A stretch of DNA of 64,000 bases from Squalus acanthias. Taxonomy: Eukaryota. Where the stretch lies: NCBI GenBank assembly GCA_030390025.1, contig CM059432.1, forward strand, positions 105,774,001-105,838,000, written 5' to 3'. A program made the position numbers and the translations under genes. The notes below the pieces were generated by a model, which did not search any database, was not told the DNA's origin, and was given only the letters and a program-made list of their open reading frames with translations. Positions 13,210-24,994 of the stretch are shown here, piece by piece (position 1 is the first letter of the stretch; each line of letters starts with the position of its first letter).

Positions 13210-13951
13210 GGCCGGGATTTTGCGTTAAGAATAATGGTGAGGCTAACAGTGCTCACCGTTATGTAGTAAATCGGATGGCAACTTCTGGCGTCCACACATG
13301 CGCAGTTGAACACTGAAATCCTGAAGTTGCTGTCCGATTTGCCCTGCTCCTCCACAAACTTCGCTACACCGGTACCTCGCCAAGTGATTCCGCATTGAAA
13401 TACGTGAACGGCATGAAGTTGCGGTACTTACCCGCTAGATACCCACTAAACACGCCAGAAAAAGTTAGGTTTGGTGCATTTAGGTGTAAGTGAATTTTTA
13501 AAGGCGTGGCAAATCTTAATTACTGCCAAACAACCTCTCTGGCCCTGAAAATTTAATTTTACATGTGTGGAGTCTCATAGCTTAACAATTTAATTATTGG
13601 AGATTTTATAAAAATTAATTTTTTAAAACTTTTTTTCTCTTCTCTCTCAATCCCATCTTTCTTTCCTTCTCTCTTTATTTAGCTTTCTGTACATGACTTT
13701 ACATTGAATTAAATATTCTAATTTATACTTCCTGGTTTAGACAATGTGTCTCAGTGAGGATTCTTCAATCTGATTGGTTGAAGAGACACGCTGTTGCTTT
13801 TCCTGCTCACCCATGCAGGGCTCAGCATTGAAAAAAATCAATCGTAACCGTAAGTTGCTGCTCAAAAACCCGCAAAAAAAGTCTGTGGGCAGCTGTAAGT
13901 GTAATGAGTGGCGAGCGCCGTTCCTTCACTGCTGACCACAAAATCCGGGCT
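13210..13951. mobile_element. MITE with 3-bp TSD (PIF/Harbinger-like)
   Basis: Imperfect TIRs ggccgggattttgcg / cacaaaatccgggct, ATT on both flanks. Confidence 0.65.
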
Positions 13952-14520
13952 ATTAACTTTCTCACTATAGATTGAATTCTAGCTGTACTTTGCCATTTCT
14001 TAAACTGGTGTATCTTGCTTCCTGCTGCTCCTTGCGCTTAATATTGGCTGGCAGGCAGAAAAGGTGGTTACTCATGCAGTCTGTTTCTAAATGGGTCTGC
14101 TGCATGTAGTGTCAAGTTAACACCTTATGAAAATTGAGATTATCTTGCCCATGAAAGCTAGATTTAAAAATATGCATTGCAAAAAGAGTAGTTAAACCTA
14201 ACCACAAAAATCATGTATTCATGTTTTCTTTAACCAATTTTCTGCATTTACTGTCTTCACCTTGATTGATTACCTTATACAAAATGTTTTTGGAAGATGA
14301 AATGAAAGTAGAGTTCCTGATGGGGTGAGTTTACATGGTACATTGAACGTGCGCGTTACAGATTCTATAGCATCAAAGTTAACATTTCCCCCTCTGATCT
14401 CCCCGCACAGTGGAAACTGGAACAGTTGTTTTTAGTATAATTGAGGGTTACTTGCCTCTCCCAATGTAAATTGTGAAGTCGCACAACACCAGGTTATAGT
14501 CCAACAGTTTTATTTAAAAT

Positions 14521-14555
14521 TACGAGCTTTTGGAGCTCCGCTCCTTCTTCAGGTA
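14521..14555 (-). ncRNA. Minimal type I hammerhead-like motif with a core mutation
   Basis: uac CUGAAGA A GGAGC gga GCUCC AAAA GCUC gua; GAAA changed to AAAA. Confidence 0.6.
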
Positions 14556-16133
14556 CAAGTAAAGTGAGGGAATCTATCACACAGTGTATATATACACAGA
14601 AAACAATTTGTCTGCAGAGATACAATCTGTTAGGGAGGCATTACATCAAAGACAATGAGGTGGGTCACAGGGGGTCCAACGTGTCAAATGCTGCCGTCTG
14701 CAGTTAAGCTTTTAACTTTTTTTTTAAACTGGAAAAACAGACAACGATGTCGAGTCACGTTCTGTAGCGTGACATGAACCCAAGATCCCAGTTGAGGCCG
14801 TCCTCATGGGTGTGGAACTTGGCTATCAGTTTCTGCTCGATGATTTTGCGTTGTCGTGTGTCTCAAAGGCCGCCTTGGAGAACGCTAACCCGCAGATCCG
14901 AGGCTGAATGTCCTTGACTGCTGAAGTGTTCCCCGACTGGGAGGTAACAATCCTGCCTGGCGATTGTTGCGCGGTGTCCGTTCATACGTTGTCTCAGTGT
15001 CTGCATGGTCTTGCCGATGTACCATGCCGCGGTGCATTCTTTCCTGCAACGTATGAGGTAGACAACGTTGGCCGAGTCACATGAGTATGTACCATGTACC
15101 TGGTGGGTAGTGTCCTCACGTGTGATGATGGTATCTGGGTTGATGATCTGGCATGTCTTGCAGAGGTTGCCGTGGCAGGGTTGTGTGGTGTCGTGGTCGC
15201 TGTTCTCCTGACAGCTGGGTAATTTGCTGCGAATGATGGTACTTTTGAGGTTAGGCGGCTGCTTGAAGGCGAGTAGTGGAGGCGTGGGATGGCCTTAGCA
15301 AGGTGTTCGTCGTCATCGATGACATGTTGAAGGCTGCGAAGAACATGGCGTAGTTTCTCCGCTCCGGGGAAGTACTGGACGACGTAGGGTACTCTGTTGG
15401 TTGTGTCCCGTGTTCGCCTTCTGAGGAGGTCTATGCGGTTTTTCGCTGTGGCCCGTCGGAACTGTCGATCGACGAGTCGAGCGTCATATCCCGTTCTTAC
15501 GAGGGCGTCTTTCAGCGTCCGTAGGTGTCCATCGCGTTCCTCCTCGTCTGAGCAGATCCTGTGTATTCGCAGGGCTTGTCCATAGGGGATGGCTTCTTTA
15601 ACGTGGTTAGGGTGGAAGCTGGAGAAGTGGAGCATCGTGAGGTTGTCTGTGGGCTTGTGGTAGAGTGAAGTGCTGAGGTGTCCGTCTTTGATGGAGATTC
15701 GTGTGTCCAAGAATGAAACCGATTCTGAGGAGTAGTCCATGGTGAGTTTGATGGTGGGATGGAACTTGTTGATATCGTGTAGCCCTTTCAGTGATCTTTC
15801 GCCGTGGGTCCAAAGGAAGAAGATGTCGTCGATGTATCTGGTGTACAGCGTTGGTTGGAGGTCCTGTGCAGTGAAGAAGTCTTGCTCGAACTTGTGCATG
15901 AAGATGTTGGTGTATTGGGGTGCGAATTTGGTCCCCATGGCTGTTCTGTGTGTTTGGGTAAAAAACTGGTTGTCGAAGGTGAAGACATTGTGGTCAAGGA
16001 TGAAGCGGATGAGTTGTAGGATGGCGTCTGGAGATTGGCTGTTGTTGGTGTTGAGTACTGAGGCTGTCGCAGCGATGCCGTCATCGTGGGGGATATTGGT
16101 GTAGAGTGCCGATACGTCCATCGTGGCGAGGAG

Positions 16134-16534
16134 AAACATAGAAACATAGAATCTAGGAGCAGGAGTAGGCCATTCGGCCCGTCGAGCCTGCTCCGCCATT
16201 CAATACGATCATGGCTGATCATCCAAATCCAGTACCCTGTCCCTGCTTTAATCCCCACAGTACACATATCCCACCCTACCCCCGTAACCCCACGTATTTA
16301 ATTCCCCCTAACATATCCCATCCTATCCCCATAACCCCACATATTTAATCCCCCCTAACACTAAGGGTCAATTTATCATAGCCAAATCAACCTAACCCAC
16401 ACATTTTTGGACTGTGGGAGGAAACCGGAGCACCCGGAGGAAACCCACGCAGACACGGGGAGAATGTGCAAACTCCACACAGACAGTCACCCGAGGTCAG
16501 ATTCGAACCCGGGTCTCTGGCGCTGTGAGGCACT
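16134..16534 (-). mobile_element. V-SINE (HE1-like) with CR1 tail, inserted in the Penelope RT
   Basis: B box gggttcgaatc, V-domain gggtttcctccgggtgctccggtttcctcccacagtcc, CR1-type tail; splits EPGT|LLAT, which is contiguous in the copy at ~46940. Confidence 0.88.
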
Positions 16535-16617
16535 TGTTCCTGGTTCAACTGGTCCATGGGTGCTGAGTTTCTGCAAGAAGTCTGTAGTGTCGCGACATGT
16601 AAATTGTGGATTAGAAG

Positions 16618-16781
16618 CAATGTTCCCTTTAAGCTGCACGGCCGCACAGCTCTCTGAAGGTCTCACGCAGCTGGCTTGCCAGCTTTTAAATGGAAAAACC
16701 ACGCGCGTGCGGTATTTTGAATGGGCCACGCAGCCCGTTAAAGGGGGCCATGCAACCCCCAAAAAATTACAGGGGACATTG
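16618..16781. mobile_element. hAT-type MITE, 164 bp
   Basis: TIRs caatgttccctttaa / ttacaggggacattg; 8-bp TSD attagaag / atttgaag. Confidence 0.8.
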
Positions 16782-17137
16782 ATTTGAAGCAGAGGACTTG
16801 ATGGACTGGTCTTTTTTCATTCTGTGCTTTATTCTTTGAAAACTAATTGTTATCTTCATTCCTTTACCTGCCTTCTGGTGATCACAACTTCTGTTCCAAT
16901 TTTCCCATCTCTAGAGCTTTTATTGCTGGTCAACAACACTGCTGCTGCTTCTGACTCTCACTTCCTGCTGGGCTACCTGCCAACTGTCTGCTGCTGCAAC
17001 TGAGCATGTTCCTTTTTTCCCAATTTTCTCTCCTTGCCTGAATATGTTGATTCATGCTGGGCTATAAGTCCATGGATACCAGCAGATCTTTGGCACCTTA
17101 CAACTCTTGGTTGGGCATAGACGGTGAGTGTTACAGA

Positions 17138-19880
17138 AGAACATAAGAAATAGGAGCAGAAGTAGGCCATTCGGCCCCTCGAGCCTGTTCCGCCATTCAA
17201 TAAGATCATGGCTGATCATCGACCTCAACTCCATTTTTCTGCCTGTTCCCCATAAATCTTGACTCCCATGTAGTTCAAAAATCTGTCTATCTCTGCCTTG
17301 AATATACTCAACGACTGAGCCTCCACAGCTCTCTGGGGTAGAGAATTCCAAAGATTCACGACCCTCTGAGAGAAGAAATTCCTCCTCATCTCCGTCTTGT
17401 ATCCTGAGACTATGCCCCCTAGTTCTAGATTCCCCCATGAGGGGAAACATCCTCTCAGCATCAACCCTGTCAAGCCCCCTCAGAATCTTATGCGTTTCAA
17501 TAAGATCACCTCTCATCTTCTAAACGCCAATGAGTATAGATCCAACCTGCTCAACCTTTCCTTATAAGACAACCCCTTCATCACAGGAATCAACCTAGTG
17601 AACATTCTCTGAACTGCCTCCAATGCAAGTATATCCCTCATTAAATAAGGAGACCAAAACTGTATGCAGTACTCTAGGTGTGGTCTCACCAACGCCCTGT
17701 TCAGTTGTAGCAAGATTTCCCTACTTTTATACTCCATCCCTCTTGCAGTAAAGGCCAACATTCCATTTGCCTTCCTAATTACTTGCTGTACCTGCATGCT
17801 AACTTTTTGTGTTTCATGTACGAGGACACCCAGATCCCTCTGTACCGCAGCATTCTGTAGTCTCTCTCCATTTAAATAATATTTTGCTTTTCTATTCTTC
17901 CTACCTAACCTGACATTTTCCCACATTATGCTCCATCTGCCAAATTTTTGCCCACTCACTCAACCTATCCAATCCGCTGGGACCTTTCCAGAGTCTAGGG
18001 AATTTTGGAAGATTACAACCAATGCAGCCACTTTTAAGACCCTAGGATGCAGGCCATCAAGTCCAGGGGACTTGTCAGCCTTTAGTCCTATTAGTTTGCC
18101 AAGTACCTTTTCTCTAGTGATAGTGATTGTTTTAAATTCCTCCCTCCCTTTTGCCCCTTTATTTTCCACTATTATTGGGATGCTTTTAATGTCTTCTACT
18201 GTGAAGACAGATACAAAATATTTGTTCAAAGTCTCTGCCATTTCCTTGTTTCCCATTATTAATTCCCCAGTCTCATCCTCTAAGGGACCAATGTTTACTT
18301 TAGCTACTCTCTTCCTTTTTATATACTTGTAGAAGCTCTTACTGCCTGTTTTTATATTTCTTGCTAGTTTACTCTCATAATCTATTTTCTTGCTCCTATT
18401 TTTTTAGTCATACTTTGCAAGTTTCTAAAAAAAAATTCCCAATCTTCTGGCCCACCACTAATCTTCGCAACATTGTATGCCTTTTCTTTCAATGTGATAC
18501 CCTCCTTAACTTCCTTTAGTAAGCCATGGATGGTTCATCCTTCTCGTAGAGTCTTTCTTTCTCACTGGAATATATCTTTGTTGAGAGTTATGAAATATCT
18601 CCTGAAAGGTCTGCCACTGCTTATCTACTGTCTTACCTTTTAATCTATTTTCCCAGTCCACTTTAGCCAACTCTGTCTTCATACCCTTGTAATTGCCTTT
18701 ATTTAAGTTTAAGACATTAGTTTCAGACCCAAGTTTCTCACCCTCAAACAGAATTTCAAATTCTATCATGTTACGATCACTCTTCCCTAGAGGATCCTTT
18801 ACTATGAGATCATTAATGAATCCTGTCTCATTATGCATTACCAGATCTAAAATAGCCTGTTCCCTGGTTGGTTCCACAATGTATTGTTCTAAGAAACTGT
18901 CCTAAATACATTCTATGAACTCGTTCTCAAGGCTACCTTTGCCAATTTGATTTGTCCAATCTATGAAGATCAACATCACCCATGATTATTGCAGTACCTT
19001 TCTTACAAGCCCCCATTATTTCTTGATTTATACTCTGTCCCACAGTGTAGCTACTGTTAGGGGGCCTATAGACTACTCCCACCAGTGACTTCTTACCCTT
19101 ACTATTTCTTATCTCCACCCAAACTGATTCTACATCTTGATCTTCTGAGCCAAGATCATTTCCCACTACAGTACTGATCTCATCCTTTATTAACAGAGCT
19201 GCCCCACCTCCTTTTCCTTTCTGCCTATCCTTCTGAAATGTCAAATACCCCTGAATATTCACCTTACAGCCATGTCTCTGTAATGGCCATCAGATCATAC
19301 CCATTTATTTCTATTTGTGCCGTCAATTCATCTATCTTGTTATGAATGCATTCAAATAAAGAGCCTTTAATTTTATCTTTTTACCATTTTTCCCTACTCT
19401 GACCCTATTTGCTAGTGCACTCTTATGCTTGTGTACACTGTCCCTTCCTGTCACACTCTGGTTATCATTACCCCTATCACTACCCTGCACTATTGCCTTG
19501 TCCTTTCTCTAATTTTCTAAGTTTCCCCTCACCTGAACCCCCCACTATTTAGTTTAAAGCCCTATCTACAGCTCTAGTTATTCGATTCACCAAGACACTG
19601 GTCCCAGCACGGTTCAAGTGAAGCCCGTCCCAACGGAACAGCTCCCTCTTTCCCCAGTACTGGTGCCAGTGCCCCATGAATCAAAACTCATTTCTCCCAC
19701 ATGAATCCTTGAGCCACGCATTCAACTCTCTGATCTTATTGACCCTATGCCAATTTGCTCGTGGCTCAGGTAGTAATCCATAGATTATTACCTTTGTGGT
19801 TCTGCTTTTTAATTTAGCCCCTAGCTGCTCATACTCCCTCAGCAGAACCTCTTTCTTAATCCTACCTGTGTCGTTGGCAG
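17138..19880 (-). mobile_element. CR1 LINE (end of ORF1, endonuclease, RT with internal deletion, 3' tail)
   Basis: GVVYRPP, EPTREQAILDLV, KSPGLDGLHPRVLK, LVRPHLEYC; RT core missing at ~17965. Confidence 0.9.
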
Positions 19881-21016
19881 GCTATTCAAAGAGGCTCATC
19901 ACAAATGCGCCCAATCCTACCCTCATCCAAACCCATTCACATTTTCTTGCAGATATTATTGGATAGTGATGAGGAATAAGATTCCTGGCTTAATTTTGCT
20001 TCCAATTCCCTCCTTTCCACCAGCACAGAGATGTTGAGGCCAGTTGCAGTGTCCCAAATTATGTGAATCTGCATGGACCAAGGATTGAACCTTGTACCTT
20101 TCTTGCTCCATATGGCTTAATACTTGTACCTTCCCATGAAGCAGATTTGAAGCTTTTTACATTGGTCTGTTGTCTGCCAAGTTTCCCTAATGTCTCATAG
20201 TTGTACATCGTTCAGATCACGATCCAGCAACCACTCCTGAAAGAGGACAGGATCTGACTTGTCTAACATCCCCTGCAGTCAAATAGCCTAATGTTGTGAT
20301 TTATGTTTACTGTCCTGGCAAACGTATGAATAGTGATAGCTTGATTTTTATAGTCAGCGCTGCATTACTTTGGTCCTGACCATAGATTGAACTACTGCAA
20401 TATACTAAGGTCTTCAGGAAGGTTTACATGTTTCAGGAGCTTGCTGAAATGTAAATTAAATGTACTGTCGGTACTGAGTTTTATATCGCCTCCTGATGAC
20501 TATATGCAGGATTGAATAGGATGACAATCAGCAATAATCTGAGTTGCTCAGTGACACACTCACTGCTGATGTCAGCTGAGCAGCTCTTTGCTGATGGTCA
20601 GACTCTCAAATGTCAGGCCTCCATGGTGCTGCAGTGAGGGGATTATAAAGTATAATGACCCTGAAATTCCTGGGAATGCTCAGGGTGTATTTAACAGAAT
20701 TCCTGTGAATGCCCTGATCCCATCGTAAATCCCACGGTCAAACTATTTTAAAATAATTTGGGTGGATGTCTATGCCATTCCAGCAACACTGGGGTACCTG
20801 TCCCTGTGGGGAGGGCAAAAAAATTATTTGCTAAGACAGAGTTGCAACTGATCACTGAACTTTTAAACTCCATGTACTTCACCCCCACAACTCTGGCAAT
20901 AGTGGATGCCAAGAACTTATTAAATCCCTGGCATTCAGTGTTGCTAAGGGTGTAAATTTAAGAAAATGTGTCCTATGGAAAACCACCCTGTCTGGCCCAT
21001 TAACTTAGGAATCATT

Positions 21017-21653
21017 AGCCCTGATTTTTACAGGGTGGTGGGGAGGGTGAAAAGAGCCAGGCAAAACGTCGAGGCCAGGGACGCAGAGGTCCTGCCAAAT
21101 TAACGGACCTTATTATAATTTTTTTCTTCCCTTTCTCGCCCAGCAGCTGACCAAATTGACTGATAGACACACAGACTGGCAGGCTGCCGGGTGGGAAAAC
21201 CAGCGGCAGCAGGCTGCAGCTGGGGACCCTTGTGGACAGTCCCCGGGAATCAGGAGGTGGGAGGGCCGGAGATCCATGTCTGGGAAGGAGTGGAGGAAAG
21301 GAGGTCTGCAATCGCGGCAGAGGGTAGGCCGAAGGCTTCCTTGAGGGGCCGTGGGGAGCACTCCTGCTCCTCCTAGCACAGAGTGCTGTAAAAGGCATTT
21401 ACCTTCATGAGCTGGCAGCTCCCGCCTCCCTTTCACTGCCATGTGGCAACTGTTGAATCCAAATGGGGCTCCCAATTGCACTGTGGGAGCCTGATTCAAA
21501 TGTTCATGAAGTGTCCCACCTCTCCATGGCACGAAACCCACCAAAAATGGCAGTTGGCATGCTCGCAGTGAGTCGGGGAGGCATTCCCCCCCCCCCCCCC
21601 ACCCCCCACGACCCTATCCTGGCCGTCATGGGGTGGGGGTTAATATCGAGGCC
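21017..21653. mobile_element. Probable MITE
   Basis: GC-rich island bounded by imperfect termini agccctgatttt / aatatcgaggcc. Confidence 0.45.
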
Positions 21654-21904
21654 TATATCTCCTCCCAGGTAATGGGTAATTTTTTAAACTTGTTTCTTGG
21701 GTAGCTAAGTGAAATTAATAACTTGTTTTGTGTTAAATATATTATGATGTTGTACTTCAGTAATGTTCCCCTTGTTACCCATGCAGTAGAACTACATCAT
21801 AATTTGCTTGCATCTAAATCTTGGCAATGACTGAAGTGTTTTGACTCAGCTGATCTGTAACTACTTCATTATGTCACCTTTGTTTACTACTGGAGAATAT
21901 ATAG

Positions 21905-24595
21905 CTTTCAGCCAATGTCCCAAACTCCTCCATCACCATCCCTTGGTATGTCCTGTCCCACTGGCAGGACAGACCCACCAGGGGTGGCGGCACAGTGGTA
22001 TACAGTCAGGAAGGAGTGGCCCTGGGAGTCCTCAACATTGACTCCAGACCCCATGAAGTCTCATGGCTTCAGGTCAAGCATGGGCAAGGAAACCTCCTGC
22101 TGATTACCACCTACCGCCCTCCCTCAGCTGATGAATCAGTACTCCGCCATGTTGAACACCACTTGGAAGAAGCACTGAGAGTAGCAAGGGCACAGAATGT
22201 ACTCTGGGTGGGGGACTTCAATGTCCATCACCAAGAGTGGCTCGGTAGTACCACTACTGACCGAGCTGGCCGAGTCCTGAAGGACATAGCTGCCAGTCTG
22301 GGCCTGTGACAGGTAGTGAGAACCAACACAAGGGAAAAACCTACTTGACCTCGTCCTCCCCAATCTACCTGTCGCAGATGTATCTGTATTGGTAGCAGTG
22401 ACCACCGCACAGTCATTGTGGAGACTAAGTCCTGTCTTCACACTGAGGACACCTCCATCGTGTTGTGTGGCACGACCACTGCTCAATGGAATAGATTCAG
22501 AACAGATCTAGCAGCTCAAAACTGGGCATCCATGAGGCGCTGTGGGGCAGCAGCAGAATTGTATTCCACCACAATCTGTAACCTCATGGCCTGGCATATC
22601 CCTCACTCTACCATTACCATCAAGCAAGGGGACCAACCCTGGTTCAATAAGGAGTGTAGATGAGCATACCAGGAGCAGCACAAGGCGTACCTAAAAATGA
22701 GGTGCCAACCTGGGGAAGTTGCAACACAGGACTACATGCATGCTAAAAAGCAGAAGCAGCATGCTATAGACAGGGCTGAGCAATCCCAGCATCAACGGAT
22801 CAGATCAAAGCTCTGCAGTCCTGCCACATCCAGTCGTGAATGGTGGTGGACCATTAAACAACTAACGGGAGGAGGAGGCTCCATGAATATCCCCATCCTC
22901 AATGATGGTGGAGCCCAGCACCTGAGTGCAAAAGACAAGGCTGAAGCGTTTGCAACCATCTTCAGCCAGAAGTGCCGAGTGGATGATCCATCTCGGCCTC
23001 CTCCTGAGGTCCCCACCATCACAGAAGCCAGTCTTCAGCCAAATTGATACACTCCATGTGATATCAAGAAACGGCTCAGCACACTGGATACAGCAAAGGC
23101 TATGGGCCCTGACAACATCCCGGCTATCGTGCTGAAGACTTGTGCTCCAGAACTAGCCGCGCCTCTAGCCAAGCTGTTCCAGTACAGCTACAACACTGGC
23201 ATCTATCCGACAATGTGGAAAACTGCCCAGGTATGTCCTGTCAACAAAAAGCAGGACAAAACCAATCCAGTCAGTTACCGCTCCATCAGTCTACTCTCAA
23301 TCATCAGCAAAGTGATGGAAGGTGTCATCGACAGTGCTATCAAGCGGCACTTACTCACCAATAACCTGCTCACTGATGCCCAGCTTGGGTTCTGCCAAGA
23401 CCACTCGGCTCCCGACCTCAATACAGCCTTGGTCCAAACGTGGACAAGGAGCTGAATTCCAGAGGTGAGAGTGACTGCCCTTGACATCAAGGCAGCATTT
23501 GACCGAGTGTGGCATCAAGGAGCCCTAGTAAAACTGAAGTCAGTGGGAATTGGGGGGAAAACTCTCCACGGGCTGGAGTCATACCTAGCACAAAGGAAGA
23601 TAGTTGTGGTGATTGAAGGTCAATCATCACAGCCCCAGGACATCGCTGCAGGAGTTCCTCAGGGCAGTGTCCTAGGCCCAACCATCTTCAGCTGCTTCAT
23701 CAATGACCTTCCCTCCAACATAAGGTCAGAAATGGGTTGTGCCATTCACAACTCCTCAGATAATGAAGCAGTCTATGCCTGCATGCAACAAGACCTGGAT
23801 GACGTTCAGGCTTGGGCTGATAAGTGGCAGGTAACATTCGCGCCACAGAATTGCCAGACTATCTCCAACAAGCGAGAGACTAAACATTCAATGGCATTAC
23901 ATCGCCGAATCCCCCACTATCCGCATCCTGGGGGTCACCATTGACCAGAAGCTTAACTGGACCAGTCACACACATACTGTGGCAACGAGCAGATCAGAGG
24001 CTAGGTATTCTGCGGCGAGTGTCTCACCACCTGACTCCCCAAAGCCTTTCTACCATCTACAAGGCACAAGTAAGGAGTGTGATGGAATATTCTCCACTTG
24101 CCTGGATGAGTGCAGCTCCAACAACACTCAAGAAGCTTGACACCATCCAGGACAAAGCAGCCTGCTTGATTGGTACCCCATCCACCACCTTAAACATTCA
24201 CTCCCTCCACCACCGGCATACTGTGGCTGCAGTGTGTACCATCTACAGGATGCACTGCAGCAACTCGCCAAGGCTTCTTCGGCAGCACCTCCCAAACCCA
24301 CCATCTCTTCCACCTAGAAGGACAAGGGCAGCAGGCGCATGGGAACACCACCACATCCAAGTTCCCCTCCAAGTCACACACCATCCTGACCTAGAAGTAT
24401 ATCGTCGATCCTTCATCGTCGCTGGGTCAAAATCCGGGAACTCCCTACCTAACAGCACTGTGGGAGTACCTTCACCACACGGACTGCAGCGGTTCAAGAA
24501 GGCGGCTCACCGCCACCTTCTCGAGGGCAATTGGGGATGGGCAATAAATGCTGGCCTTGCCAGCGATGCCCACATCCCATAAACGAATAAAAAAT
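21905..24595 (+). mobile_element. tRNA-headed LINE family, copy B (5'-truncated; endonuclease to A-tail)
   Basis: YRPP, GDFNVHH, DIKAAFDRVWH, GVPQGSVLGP, YKAQVRSVMEY; frameshifted and FADD deleted; tail gggcaataaatgctggcc...gaataaaaaa. Confidence 0.9.
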
Positions 24596-24758
24596 AGATA
24601 TATATCTATATCTATATCTCTCTATCTCTATATATCTCACATCTCTCTATCTCCTAATCTCATATCTCCTAATCTCATATCTCTCTATCTCCTCTCTCTC
24701 TATCTCCTCTCTCTCTATCTCCTCTCTCTCTCTCCTCTCTCTCCTCTCTCTCTCTCTC

Positions 24759-24829
<71 letters not shown>

Positions 24830-24859
24830 CTCTCTCTCTCTCTCCTCTCTCTCTCTCTC

Positions 24860-24891
<32 letters not shown>

Positions 24892-24946
24892 CTCTCTCCT
24901 CTCTCTCTCCTCTCTCTCCTCTCTCTCCTCTCTCTCTCTCTCTCTC

Positions 24947-24994
<48 letters not shown>

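Larger units (their letters stand above)
14476..16596 (-). mobile_element. Penelope-like element (Neptune-type), 5'-truncated
   Basis: RT (TMDVSALYTNIP, TAMGTKFAP, RYIDDIF), Cys linker PCHGNLCKTC, GIY-YIG; 12-bp TSD atgtaaattgtg at 14464-14475 and 16597-16608. Confidence 0.92.

Noticed and set aside
14994..16199. 401-aa RT ORF as an intact or domesticated gene
   Set aside because: N-terminus comes from the inserted SINE tail and the C-terminus is frameshifted
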